From Mustelus asterias (lineage: Eukaryota), in contig NW_027590629.1 of the NCBI RefSeq assembly GCF_964213995.1, positions 1-64,000 on the forward strand: a stretch of 64,000 nucleotides of DNA, in the 5' to 3' direction. Position 1 is the stretch's first letter. Each line of letters begins with the position of its first letter. Below the pieces are notes generated by a model. The model was not told the origin of the DNA. It searched no databases and was given only the letters and a program-made list of their open reading frames with translations. The position numbers were made by a program, and so were the translations under genes. Positions 25,222 through 37,981 of the stretch are shown piece by piece.

Positions 25222-25975
25222 CTAAATGGGAAAGTGCTTAGGAAATCAGAAACACAAAGGGTATTGGGAGTCATTGTTCAAGATTCTCTTAAAGTTAACA
25301 TGCAGGTTCAGTTGGCAGTTAGGAAGGCAAATGCAATGTTCGCATTCATGTCGAAAGGGCTAGAATACAAGAGCAGGGATGCACTTCTGAGGCTGTACAA
25401 GGCTCTGGTCAGACTCCATTTGAAGATTGTGAGCAGTTTTGGGCCCTATATCGAAGGACGGATGTGCTGGCCTTGGAAAGGGTCCAGAGGAGGTTCACAA
25501 GAATGATCCCTGGAATGAAGAGCTTGTCGTATGAGGAACGGTTGTGGACTCTGAGTCTGTACTCGTTGGAGTTTAGAAGGATGAGGGGGGATCATATTGA
25601 AACTTACAGGATACTGCGAGGCATGGATAGAGTGGACGTGGAGAGGATGTTTCTACTAGTAGGAAAACCTAGAACCAGAGGGCACAACATCAGGCCAAAG
25701 GGACGATCCTTTAAAACTGAGATGAGGAGGAATTTCTTCAGCCAGAGAGTGGTGAATCTGTGGAATTCTTTGCCACAGAAGGCTGTGGAGGCCAGGTCAT
25801 TGGGTGTCTTTAAGACAGAGATAGATAGCTTCTTGATTAATAAGGTAATCAGCGGTTATGGGGAAAAGACAGGAGAATGGAGATGAGAAAATTATCAGCC
25901 ATGATTGAATGGCGGAGCAGACTCTATTGGCCGAGTGGCCTAATTCTGCTCCTATGTCTTATAGTTTTATGGTTT
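25222..25975 (+). mobile_element. CR1 3' fragment
   Basis: LYKALVR, ALERVQRRFTRMIPG, FFSQRVVNLWNSLP. Confidence 0.9.
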
Positions 25976-26227
25976 TATTTCCCAGAAGCACATTTTTAAA
26001 AACTTGTTCTTCATAATAAAGAAATAGGAAAAACCACTCAGGCAGATGAGGAAATCGAGAATCAGTCTGAATCTGTTGCACTTCCATAGATGAACGAGAT
26101 TTAGGCGCAAGAATGTTTCACTCCCAGAATAAAGAGGGATCATGTATAACTAACAGCTCATTCTTAAATCTCTTCCCTTGAAAGATATTTGATGTTAAAA
26201 AATAAGCTGACTGGTTAATCTCAAATA

Positions 26228-26330
26228 TATCCACTCCATCTGACGAAGGAGCTGTGTTCCAAAAGCTGATGGTATTTGCTACCAAATAAACCTGTTGGAC
26301 TTTAACCTGGTGTTGTGAGACTTCTTACTC
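26228..26330 (+). mobile_element. Penelope-like terminal fragment with a decayed hammerhead
   Basis: CTGACGAAGGAGCTGTGTTCCAAAAGCTG; flanked by an ATCTCAAATA duplication. Confidence 0.7.
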
Positions 26331-26620
26331 ATCTCAAATAAGCAGCATTGCATGTGTATTGCCCAGTGACTCGATTTCTTTTGTTGGACAAGCATGTTTA
26401 CGCTTCAATGTTGTGTATTTCAGAGATATTCAACACAGAATGTGTTATGTTGATATTTAATGTTGAATAACTGGATATAATTGGTTGAAACTATTCTACG
26501 GAAGATGAGAATGATGCATTTATGCATTAGCAGAAATCACTGTCCCTTTAGTCATTTGCAGATGAACGCTTTTCAATTTTGAAATTCTAGATAAGTTGAC
26601 ATATAAGGTTGAAAGTAGCC

Positions 26621-26775
26621 ATGATGTTGAGATGCTGGCGTTGGACTGGGGTGGGCACAGTAAGAAGTCTCACAACACCAGGTTAAAGTGCAAAAGGTTT
26701 ATTTGGTAGCACGAGCTTTCGGAGTGCTGCTCCTTCATCAGATGAATGGGGAGCTGGGTTCACAAACAGGGCAAC
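26621..26775 (-). mobile_element. Penelope-like terminal fragment
   Basis: Same family as 4649-4829. Confidence 0.7.
26710..26744 (-). ncRNA. Minimal type I hammerhead ribozyme motif
   Basis: Reverse complement CAT-CTGATGA-A-GGAG(CAGCA)CTCC-GAAA-GC-TC-GTG. Confidence 0.65.
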
Positions 26776-27388
26776 CATTTAATGTAACGATTGTCTTCTC
26801 GCATTGAGGTACATGAAGTCTCAGTCTAGCCATTAGAACGTGCAGCAACAGAGCGGAGCTGAACAATGCAGAGAGACTGATCGTCAGTTCCAGAAATATT
26901 AAATTGAGAATTAGGAAATATAGATTAAATAAATGTATTGATATTAAATGTTGAATGAAGATGTGCAGGTTAGGTGGATGGACATGCTAAATTGCTCCTT
27001 GTGTTGGATGCATTAGACATGGGAAATGAGTCGTGTTACGGGGATAGGACAGGGGAAAAATCCTGATTACGAGACTCTGGCGTCGCTGCAGATTCGCTGG
27101 GCTGAATGGCCTTTTCAGCATGTAGGCAATCTATAAAGCTATGAAACAAATACTGAGTATATTTGGTTGAAATTATTCGCAGGAAGATAAGAATTAAGTA
27201 TTAATGATTGTGCAGAAATATTTGCTTCCTTAATCATTTGCCAGACGAAAGCTTTTTAATTTTAAACTACAAATTAAGTTGAGATATCAGGTTGAACGTA
27301 ACGGATGTGTTTTTCTATTCAGTGACATGGGCTCTCAATCTCACCATACGAACTTGCAGCAACACAATGGAGTTAAGCATTCTAGTCA

Positions 27389-28895
27389 TGATGTGGAGAT
27401 GCCGGCGTTGGACTGGGGTAAACACAGTAGGAGTTTTAACAACACCAGGTTAAAGTCCAACAGAGGAGGATTGCAACAGACACCTCCAGCCACTGAAAGA
27501 TGCCCTCATAAGAACAGGATATGGCGCTCAACTCATCGATCGACAGTTCCGACGCGCCACAGCGAAAAACCGCACCGACCTCCTCAGAAGACAAACACGG
27601 GACACGGTGGACAGAGTACCCTTCGTCGTCAAGTGCTTCCCCGGAGCGGAGAAGCTACGGGATCTCCTCCGGAGCCTTCAACATGTCATTGATGAAGACG
27701 AACATCTTGCCAAGGCCATCCCCACACCCCCACTTCTTGCCTTCAAACAACCACACAACCTCAAATGGACTATTGTCCGCAGCAAACTACCCAGCTTTCA
27801 GGAGAACAGTGACCATGACACCACACAACCCTGCCACAGCAACCTCTGCAAGACATGCCAGATCATCGACACGGATGCCATCATCTCACGTGAGAACACC
27901 ATCTACCAGGTACACGGTACCTACTCTTGCGACTCGGCCAACGTTGTCATAGAAATCATAGAAACCCTACAGTGTAGAAAGAGGGCATTCGGCCCATCGA
28001 GTCTGCACCGACCACAATCCCACCCAGGCCCTACCCCCATATCCCTACATATTTACCCGCTAATCCCTCTAACCTACCCATCTCAAGACACTAAGGGGCA
28101 ATTTTAGCACGGCCAATCAACCTAACCCGCACATCTTTGGACTGTGGGAGGAAACCGGAGCACCCGGAGGAAACCCACGCAGACACGAGGAGAATGTGCA
28201 AACTCCACACAGACAGTGACCCAAGCCGGGAATCGAACCCATGTCCCTGGAGCTGTGAAGCAGCAGTGCTAACCACTGTGCTACCGTGCCGCCCACTGTG
28301 CTACCGTGCCGCCTGATACGCTGCAGCAAAGGATGTCCCGAGGCATGGTACATTGGGGAAACCATGCAGACGCTACGACAACGGATGAGTGAACAGGGCT
28401 CGACAATCACCAGGCAAGACTGTTCTCTTCCTGTTGGGGAGCACTTCAGCCGCCACGGGCATTCAGCCTCTGAACTTCTCCAAGGCAGACTTCATGACAC
28501 ACGACAGCGTAGAGTCGCTGAGCAGAAACTGATAGCCAAGTTCTGCACACATGAGGATGGCCTAAACCGGGATGTTGGGTTTATGTCACACTATCAGTAA
28601 CCCCCACAGCTTGCCTTCTGGACTTGCTGGCTGTCCTGTCTGGAGACAATACACATCTCTTTAATCTGTGCTTAATGCTTCCTCCACTCACATTGTCTGT
28701 ATCTTTAAGACCTGGTTGGCTGCAGAGATTCGCATTCTAATCAGTATTCTGTAACTTGATTTTGTGTCTCTGTGCCCTGTTTGAGAGCAGATTTCCACTC
28801 CATCTGATGAAGGAGCAGCGCTCCAAAAGCTAATGGCATTTGCTACCAAATAAACCTGTTGGACTTTAACCTGGTGTTGTTAAAACTCTTACTGT
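27389..28895 (+). mobile_element. Penelope-like retroelement, 5'-truncated, with GIY-YIG endonuclease and inverted terminal repeat
   Basis: PCHSNLCKTC linker; SCDSANVV | LIRCSKGCPEAWYIGETMQTLRQRM...GLN; inverted ends CACAGTAGGAGTTTTAACAACACCAGG; 17-bp target duplication 27372-27388 / 28896-28912. Confidence 0.85.
27947..28290 (-). mobile_element. SINE family 1 inserted in the PLE endonuclease
   Basis: Full SINE with tail; near-identical to 54480-54678; its 5' 20 bp are tandemly duplicated. Confidence 0.85.
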
Positions 28896-28944
28896 GTTAA
28901 GCATTGTAGTCAGGCCAATTGGCAGAGGCGGGCATTCTGCCACT

Positions 28945-29018
28945 TGTTTGTGGAGTGGATTGATTGTCACGTTCACCTCACACGCTAAAAGTCCCCTGTT
29001 TGAAACTAGGCCGAAACA
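28945..29018 (+). pseudogene. Degenerate tRNA-Val(CAC) gene
   Basis: ...GTCACGTTCACCTCACACGCTAAAAGTCCCCTGTTTGAAACTAGGCCGAAACA; sits at the position homologous to 781-853. Confidence 0.65.
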
Positions 29019-29725
29019 TTCATTTAGTTTTCTCGTGTAGGGTGAGGGAAATCTGTCTGATTTCAGTTAGTTGCTGAACATTATCCGAATCTCGATGTTA
29101 CACCCATTTTAGCTTTGTTCTGGCCTCGGCCTCAAATTGTTTGTGCCAAATAAGAAATGCTGAATTTTTGTGATGCAATGACAGGAAAGAACCGTTCCTA
29201 TTTTGACACCGTGCACATATCAGCAAGTCATTCAGTCTACAACAGAATTTAATGGGTTTATAGGTGCAGACTAACATAGTTAATCACCATCTGAAACATG
29301 TCTCGGGTGAGTGAAGTCTGTATGATTTCAGTTTGGTGCTGAATATTTTCGGAATCTTGATGTTATGACATATTATCTTTGCTCTGACCCCGGCCTCAAA
29401 TGCTTTCTCAAAAATCAGGAATGCTGAATTTTTTGACACAAATTTTACAAAATTGTGTAAATTCTCTAAAACATGTTGAATTTTGTCCAAAACGTATTTG
29501 AGTTTAGCATTTATTTAATGTCCGAATCTTATTAAATGAATTTTGTTTCGTAGAATTTAACTTAAAACAGTCAGTTTCTGTTCATGAATAGTTTCCAAAC
29601 ATTAATTTCTCCAGAGAAGCTGAAAAAATGTTCGTCAGCATTTATCTGAATAAGTGTAAAGCTATTGAAGACATTTTTCATCAAAAGTAACATGGAAATT
29701 GTGAGCATCTTTTAAAGGTTTGCAG

Positions 29726-29797
29726 CGAGCCAAACAGGAATCGAACCTGGAACTGCTGATCCGCAGTCAGACGCGTTATCCATTGCGTCACTGGCCC
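29726..29797 (-). tRNA. tRNA-Arg(ACG)-derived gene with GCG anticodon, probably a pseudogene
   Basis: GGGCCAGTGACGCAATGGATAACGCGTCTGACTGCGGATCAGCAGTTCCAGGTTCGATTCCTGTTTGGCTCG; D-stem and T-stem mismatches. Confidence 0.75.
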
Positions 29798-30735
29798 ACA
29801 TGCAGGTACGTGACGGATGTTGCATGTTGGCCCGATATTTCAAAAGTTTCAGGCAGAAACTTTGTCAAACGTTTGCGTTTACTTGTGAGGAAAAGGTCCA
29901 TCATTGAGGTTGTCTTTATTCATTTGCAATCATCCCTAATTGCCCTTGAATTGAGTTGCTGAGTTAACCTGCCGTGGTGGAATTCAAACTGCTGCCTAAA
30001 GACTATAAGACTACCCAACCACTAACCATTCCCCTCAGAAGATCAACACTCGAATATTACTTGAATGTAATACTTCACACGCATATGGCATTAGCTCTTA
30101 CATATGCCTCAATAGGCATTCAGAACAAAAATGAAATAGAAGTGCTGAGAATCCACTGCACACTGAGAAGGAAACGTGATGCTCCTATTTTGACTCAGCG
30201 CACATTTTATTAGTTCGTGCAGTGGCTACAAGAACAGGTCAGAGGCTGGGAATCCTGTGGCGAATAACTCACCTGACTCGGACAATCGGGAGAGAGATTT
30301 ACTCTGATACCCTGTGCGATCTTTGCAGTGTTAGGTGGGACAGTGTAAAGGAAGATTTATTCTTCCATATACTGTGCTGTATCGGCCTCTGATGAAGCAG
30401 AGCCTTTGCTGTTGAGAATTGCCTGACACGAGAAGGTGACCGACCAGTTCATGTGTCAAATCACCGAGGTTCTCCTCGTTGTTCAATCGTTCTGTCTCTG
30501 GAGTTTATCATAAAAAAGACAGACGTGAAGGTGTCTCTTCACAGATAATTCACTGGGTGGCGCAGAGACTCTATCACTGAACAGCCTTGAGTTCAGCCAT
30601 GTCCCAGACAGGACTGGGGAAAAATGCCTTTCTGGGAAAAGGGGCTCACGTGTAGTCGGGAAAATGGAGCTGTGTCGATGAGCTTTGGCGAAAGGAGTTA
30701 AGAAAAATCAGAATTGGTTGATTTTTCATTCAAGA

Positions 30736-30741
30736 TTTATT
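30736..30741 (-). terminator. Candidate polyA signal for membrane IgM mRNA
   Basis: AATAAA on the minus strand ~450 nt after the TM2 stop. Confidence 0.5.
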
Positions 30742-31193
30742 TAAAATTTTCAGAGAACGTTGAACAGAAGAGTTGCTTTTAAAGTTGACAAAAGTGAACA
30801 TGACGATTTAGCTTCACATTGAGCATAGAACACATCTGCTCCGAGCTGTCCAATATATGTACAACTGTTACACACACAAGAAATATTAAATAGGAGCTAA
30901 ACATATCGGGAAATGAACAATTGTGAATAAGGAATGAGAAAAATCATTGATACATACATGAAATTTAAACTACAGGGAAACTATCAATACAGTTTACATT
31001 ACAAAAAAAATTCCTCGTACATTTCATATTGAAAACTGAAATACCGACCACGCTTGTCTCAGTTAGAGGTGCGGAATGATAAATTGAGAGAATTTTACTG
31101 TTAAGAGTCACTGAGAGCAGATATTGTATTTGAGTCATACGGAGTTCTTAATAATCAGCGAAGGGAAATCGACCGCATCCAAAATTCGACCCA

Positions 31194-31202
31194 TCACTTG
31201 AT
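31194..31202 (-). CDS. IGHM: IgM TM2 exon (IK*)
   Basis: tctctcttttacag|ATC AAG TGA. Confidence 0.85.
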   Translation of the reverse strand: MK

Positions 31203-31340
31203 CTGTAAAAGAGAGATACAATAATGAAGCAGATGTTTATGATGCGGGGCATTAGTGTTAGTTTTTAATCATTGAAACATTTCGAGGTTTTTCCAATCCG
31301 TTCTACCAGTTTGAAATGAGGGTGAATTGTATCATCTCAC

Positions 31341-31468
31341 CTTCACCAGAGTGACAGCCGTGCTGTAGAAAATGCTTAGGAAGAACAGGGCTATGAATGT
31401 GGAAGCGGTGGTCCTGATGTTGCTGTTGTCATCCTTACTGTTTTCAATCCAGATGCTGTCTGTAGAAT
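31341..31468 (-). CDS. IGHM: IgM TM1 exon
   Basis: ag|(D)STDSIWIENSKDDNSNIRTTASTFIALFFLSIFYSTAVTLVK|gtgag; CART-type TF..LF.LS..YS motif; in frame with the cryptic CH4 donor at 37600. Confidence 0.92.
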
Positions 31469-32314
31469 CTATGGGTGTCACAGCCGAGGAAATATAATTA
31501 GATTGCTTTATTTATCCAACATAACTAAATGCTACTTTGTATATTCTCATTTCTCTTTCCTAAGCTATTAATTCAATCTCCAATTGAATTTTCATATTTA
31601 TCAACTATTGAGTTCGTGACACTCAGTAGCCGATCTCTGTAACTATTTTCATACATTCTTACATTCCTCGTACAGACTGTATGGGAAAATATGGCAACTT
31701 TTCTTCAGTATCAGTTCATTTTCCAACGATTTCATCCTACCTATTATTGGAGAATATCATGATGTGTTTCGAGGGAGATTTCTGATCTGATTATTTGTAA
31801 ACTGTGAATGTTTCTATTTAAGAACTCGAATGTGAGTTTCCATCTTGTTTGTTTATCTGTGATGGAAACAGTTGTTACATTATTCACTTAAATCTGTTTC
31901 TCATTGAGAATATTGTTCAGTGTGTTTGTTGACTTATTTTGTTATTGAAACAATTGTTGGAGAATGTGTCTTTTAAAAAAGTAGCTTGAATTATACTTCC
32001 ATCAAAAGCCTGACTTTTGTGTTTGTGTTTGAGTTTGTTTATGTGTGCATTATTACTTGTTTGCGTTCATGTATGTATGTATTAATGTGTGACCCTGTGC
32101 CAATGTGTGTTAATTTGTAAATTCATGCGTCTGTATCTGTGTGTAAATTATGTTTCTCTGTCAATGTGTATATACCAGTGATCTATTGTGTGTTCAAGTC
32201 GCTGTTTATTTAGTAATGTCTATATTATTGAATGTTTATGAGCTCATGCCTGTTAATATATCTGTTAATGTGCTTTTGGTCTTCCACCTATCTGTCAGTG
32301 CAGTAGTGTTTGTT

Positions 32315-32347
<33 letters not shown>

Positions 32348-32391
32348 ATGTGTTTTTATGCTTTGTTAGATCTTTATAAACATGATTTGAT

Positions 32392-35130
32392 ATATAGAAC
32401 ATAGAACAGTACAGCACAGAACAGGCCCTTCGGCACACGATGTTGTGCCGAGCTTTATCTGAAACGAAGATCAAGCTATCCCACTCCCTATCATCCTGGT
32501 GTGCTCCATGTGCCTATCCAATAACCGATTAAATGTTCCTAAAGTGTCTGACTCCACTATCACTGCAGGCAGTCCATTCTACACCCCAACCACTCTCTGA
32601 GTAAAGAACCTACCTCTGATATCCTTCCTGTATCTCCCACCACGAACCCTATAGTTATGCCCCCTTGTAATAGCTCCATCCACCCAAGGAAGTAGTCTTT
32701 GAACGTTCACTCTATCTATCCCCTTCATCATTTTATAAACCTCTATTAAGTCTCCCCTCAGCCTCCTCCACTCCAGCGAGAACAGCCCTGGCTCCCTCAA
32801 CCGGTCCTCATAAGACCTACCCTCCAAACCAGGCAGCATCCTGGTAAATCTCCTCTGCACTCTTTCCAGTGCTTCCACATCCTTCTTATAGTGAGGTGAC
32901 CAGAACTGCACACAATATTCCAAATGTGGTCTCACCAAGGTCCTGTACAGTTGCAGCATAACCCCACGGCTCTTAAACTCCAACCCCCTGTTAATAAAAG
33001 CTAACATACTATAGGCCTTCTTCACAGCTCTATCCACTTGAGTGGCAACCTTTAGAAATCTGTGGATATGAACCCCAAGATCTCTCTGTTCCTCCACAGT
33101 CTTCAGAACCCTACCTTTGACCCTGTAATCCACATTTAAATTAGTCCTACCAAAATGAATCACCTCACATTTATCAGGGTTAAACTCCATTTGCAATTTT
33201 TCAGCCCAGCTTTGCATCCTATCTATGTCTCTTTGCAGCCTACAACAGCCCTCCACCTCATCCACTACTCCACCAATCTTGGTGTCATCTGCAAATTTAC
33301 TGATCCACCCTTCAGCCCCCTCCTCTAAGTCATTAATAAAAATCACAAAGAGCAGAGGACCAAACACTGATCCCTGCGGCACTCCGCTAGCAACCTGCCT
33401 CCAATCCGAAAATTTTCCATCCACCACCACCCTCTGTCTTCGATCAGACAGCCAGTTACCTATCCAATCGGCCAACTTTCCCTCTATCCCACACCTCCTC
33501 ACCTTCATCATAAGCCGACCATGGGGGACCTTATCAAACGCCTTACTAAAATCCATGTATATGACATCAACTGCCCTACCTTCATCAACACACTTAGTTA
33601 CCTCCTCAAAAAATTCTATCAAATTTGTGAGGCACGACTTGCCCTTCACGAATCCGTGCTGACTATCCCGGATTAATCCACATCTTTCTAAATGGTCGTA
33701 AATCCCATCTCTAAGGACCTTTTCCATCAATTTACCAACCACCGAAGTAAGACTAACCGGTCTATAATTACCAGGGTCATTTCTATTCCCTTTCTTAAAC
33801 AGAGGAACAACATTCGCCATTCTCCAGTCCTCTGGCACCATCCCCGTGGACAGCGAGGACCCAAAGATCAAAGCCAACGGCTCTGCAATCTCATCCCTTG
33901 CCTCCCAAAGAATCCTAGGATACATTTCATCAGGCCCAGGGGACTTATCGACCTTCAGTTTATTCAAAACTGTCAGGACATCCTCCCTCCGAACATCTAT
34001 TTCCTCCAGCCTATTAGCCTGTAACACCTTCTCTTCCTCAAAAACATGGCCCCTCTCCTTGGTGAACACTGAAGAAAAGTATTCATTCATCACCTCGCCT
34101 ATCTTTACTGACTCCATACACAAGTTCCCACTACTGTCCTTGACTGGCCCTAACCTCACCCTGGTCATCCTTTTATTCCTCACATAAGAGTAAAAAGCCT
34201 TCGGGTTTTCCTTGATCCGACCCGCCAAGGACTTCTCGTGTCCCCTCCTCGCTCTCCTAAGCCCCTTTTTCAGCTCATTCCTTGCTAACTCAATCGAGCC
34301 ATCTGAACCTTGTTTTCTCATACCTACATAAGCTTCCCTCTTCCTTTTCATAAGACATTCCACCTCTTTCATGAACCATGGTTCCCTCACTCGGTCATTT
34401 CCTCCCAGCCTGACAGGGACATACCTATCAAGGAAATCCAGTATTTGTTCCTTGAAAAAGTTCCACTTTTCATTAGTTCCTTTCTCTGACAGTTTCTGTT
34501 CCCAACTTATGCCCCCTAATTCTTGCCGAATCGCATCATAATGACCTCTCCCCCAATTGTAAACCTTGCCCTGCCGTACGGCCCTATCCCTGTCCATTGC
34601 AATAACAAAATACACCGAATTGTGGTCACTATCTCCAAAGTGCTCTCCCACAACCAAATCTAACACTTGGCCCAGTTCATTTCCCAGTACCAAATCCAAT
34701 GTGGCCTCACCTCTTGTCGGCCTATCCACATATTGTGTCAGGAAACCCTCCTGCAGACACTGCACAAAAACTGCCCCATCCGAACTATTTGACCTACAAA
34801 GGTTCCAATCAGTATTTGGAAAGTTAAAGTCCCCCATGACAACTACCCTGTGACCCCCACACATATCCATAATTTGCTTAGCAATTTCTTCCTCCACATC
34901 TCTATTACTATTTCGGGGCCTATAGTAAACTCCTAACAACGTGACCGCTCCTTTCCTATTTCTAACCTCAGCCCATATTACCTCAGTGTGCAGATCCCCC
35001 TCGAAGTGCCTTTCCGCAGCCGTTAAACTATCTTTGATTAACAATGCCACTCCTCCACCTCTTTTACCAGCTTCCCTACACTTAGTGAAACATCTGTACC
35101 CCGGAACGTCCATCAACCATTCCTGTCCTT
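32392..35130 (-). mobile_element. Young CR1 with an 845-aa open ORF2 (partial APE plus RT) in the CH4-TM1 intron
   Basis: GGGVALLIK, GVYYRP, MGDFNF, SDH, FADD; (AGAACAT)n tail. Confidence 0.95.
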
Positions 35131-35149
35131 GACCGGCCCTAACCTGGGT

Positions 35150-36290
35150 ATGTTAATGTCCTCATTTGTATTAATGTGTGCGTTTGTGTTCTCTTGTCTA
35201 TTGGCATGTTAATGCTTGCATCTACACCTGTGTCTCTGAATATTTTGCCGTCTGTTGATCTATGTATTTGTGTTTCCATGTGTACTCTGTTAACGTGCAT
35301 CTATGTGTTTATGTTTGTGTTTGAGTGTGTGCATCTTTAAATCCATATTCTTTAATTAAGGTTATATTTGCATTCCATGTCCTTCGGTGATTATGCTCGT
35401 GTGCATTTTATATGCTTGCGTTTACATCTGCTTGTTTGTGTGTGCCTGTATACGTGTTTGTGTGCGTTTCCGTGTTTATTTGTGTAGCCATGTTTTTGTG
35501 TCTGTGTGTTTGTATCTGTGTACAATTGTATGCTTGTATGCACATGTGTGTATTCGATGTGCATTTCTAGGATTCTGTGATTTCAGTGTTTGTTTGTGTG
35601 TATACATGAGCATTTGCGTAAGGAATGTATAATGTATGTACCGATTTGCGAACGTCTTTCCATGTCAGGGCTTGTGTGTGTCTGTGTGCATGTGTGCGCT
35701 TGTAAATACGTGTCGATTTTGTTTTTCGTGTGTGCATGTGTGTGTGTTTGCGTGTGTGTGATTCTGCACCTGTGTGTGTTTCTATGTGTATTTCTGTGTT
35801 TACGTGCGTGCTTGTATGTGTGCACGAAAGTGTGTATCTTTGTGTCGCTGCATTTGTTTGTGTGTGCTTGTGTGTCAGACTGTCTGCCTTAATGTTTTTG
35901 TGAATGTGTGCAATTGTGTGTACATGAGTTTGCACTTGTGTGTAATTGTTCGTGTGTTTGCATGTTTACATGGATATATATGTGTTTATTTTTGTACTTG
36001 TTTGTATAGGCTTATGTATCCGCGTATTTCTTAGTTTGAGTATTCGTGTGTATGCCTATATTTGTGTGTGTACATATTTGTGCCCGTGAGTATGCATGTG
36101 TTCGCTTTTGTGTAGGCGCATGCGTGCATTTGTGTCTGTTTATGTGTGTAATCTTTGTGCATGTTTGTGTTTTTCTTTGAGTATATTTATGTCTGTGTGT
36201 ATTTGTGTTTTTGCATGTGTGTATTTGTTTGGGTGTGTGTTTCTGTGTGCGTGCATGTGGATGTCCGTCATGTGTGTGTTGTTTTGTCGT
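35150..36290. repeat. Degenerate TG-rich simple repeat
   Basis: TGTGTG/TATGTG low complexity. Confidence 0.8.
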
Positions 36291-37537
36291 TCGCCTGTAT
36301 ATTTACTATTGTACGAAGTTTCACAGGATGAAAATAATAGACTTTGACCCTGATGGGTGCGAATTATGGAGAATGTTTTCAACATCCTCTGTTGATATTT
36401 CTCTTCTGTGAGGTGCAAGGTGAAATTCGTTGAATTAATGCAACAATTTATTGATCCACATCCAAATCAGGGATAGGTGTATGAACACCCAGGGAGGATA
36501 CAGTCACCAGTTTAAATTCGGATTGTGTGAAATCAATGTTAGCAAACGATGAACAGGGTGTTTAAACTTTGAAAATAACGTTCCATAAATATATATTCCA
36601 CAACATGATTTGCATGTTGGAAGTTTAGAATTTGCAGCCAGAAAGGTGGAGAACTTTTGGTGACTGAGGAATTGCCATAGAAACCCAATCTCTTCCATAT
36701 CTTCAGCTCGGGGATGGGAAGCATTGTGAGTTCATCGTTTCGTTCTCTCATATGGACTGAGCAATTTCCATTTTGGTTTTCTCTGCTGAGGAGCTGTAGA
36801 TACAGTGGATTCACTACTGTCCCTCTTCATCACTGGGAAATTGGGGTAGAGTACATTAACTAATGTCCTTCCCCCTCTTTTTGGGGCGAGTGCTGATACA
36901 GTGGATGAACTACTCTTTGTTGCGAAGCGAGGGTACAGTGCTTTACCTAACGCTGCTTCCACTCTCATTGTAGGTGGAGTGCGGGTACAACCCCCTCACT
37001 TTGCTGGGACAGTGGGATTACTGTGGATTACATAATGCCCCTCCCCTCTCTTTGCTGGAGGAGTGGGAATCCAGTGTGTTAACAGTTTCAATCCCCACTC
37101 TCTCTGATGGGGGATTGGTGCTCTATGTCAGTGTGTGACCCTCACTTCAGTTCCAAGTGGGTGTAGAGCAGCAACTTAAAGCTGACATCAATGTTAATGG
37201 GATGGATAATGAGAGAAGCAGGAACACCAAGATCTAAATATACTGCATTTGTTTATCTGAAATATGAATTCGGTGGATTTCACCTCAGCAGCAGGAAGGT
37301 TGGTGAAGCTATTTTGCATAATTTGGTAATGAATATGCTCTAGTCTGTCTCTAACCCAGGGTGCATGTCTCTGATATCGGAGCACTGATTCTACAAGACT
37401 TGTAAATATGAGACCCAAACCAAAGAGACCTGATAGAAGTAAAACTGGAAAACAATCAAGTAAGCGATTGGGTATTTTCTTCATTGGAGGAAAAGGTTTT
37501 ATTATTTTTATTGAAGTTTCGAATATAACTATGATTT

Positions 37538-37920
37538 TCATTTACATGAATTAACGGTGTCCATCAGTGCAAGAGAAATGTTCACAAAACTGGGTTTACC
37601 GCTGGATTTGTCAACCGTTCTGTTGATGATCTTCAAGGGGATGGCTTCATGTCCCACCACACATGAGTAAGAAGCGCCACTGGACCACTCCTCCGCTGCA
37701 ATGGTTAACAGGCTGTACATGAAGAAGGAGCCATTGCCGTTCTCCGCTACCACCTCGGTGTTCTGATAGTTCCCAGGCTTGTCATTGATGGTCCACTTGA
37801 CGAAGATCTCTCGGGGGGAGAAACCTTTCACTAAGCAGCTGAGGGAGACGAATCTGTGAGAGGAGATTTCTTCTGCCGAGGGCAGGAGGACAGAGACGGA
37901 AGGTTCCTGTGGGTTTTTAA
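37538..37920 (-). CDS. IGHM: IgM CH4 plus secretory tail
   Basis: cag|(V)[55 protein letters not shown]|[19 protein letters not shown]; NIS sequon and penultimate Cys; AATAAA at ~37498-37512. Confidence 0.97.
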
Positions 37921-37981
37921 CTGTAGAAAATGTACAACATGCGTCAATTTCGGAAGCAATGGAACTCCTGGATACAGGTCA

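Noticed and set aside
30388-30420. CTGATGA plus hairpin as a hammerhead
   Set aside because: No GAAA core after the stem.
35387-36418. Cys/Val-rich and His/Thr-rich ORFs (also 46008-50349)
   Set aside because: Translations of TG/CA simple repeats.
35366-36615. Two perfect octamers (ATTTGCAT at 35366 and 36608) as an Ig enhancer
   Set aside because: A few matches are expected by chance in 64 kb of AT-rich DNA; no supporting motif cluster.
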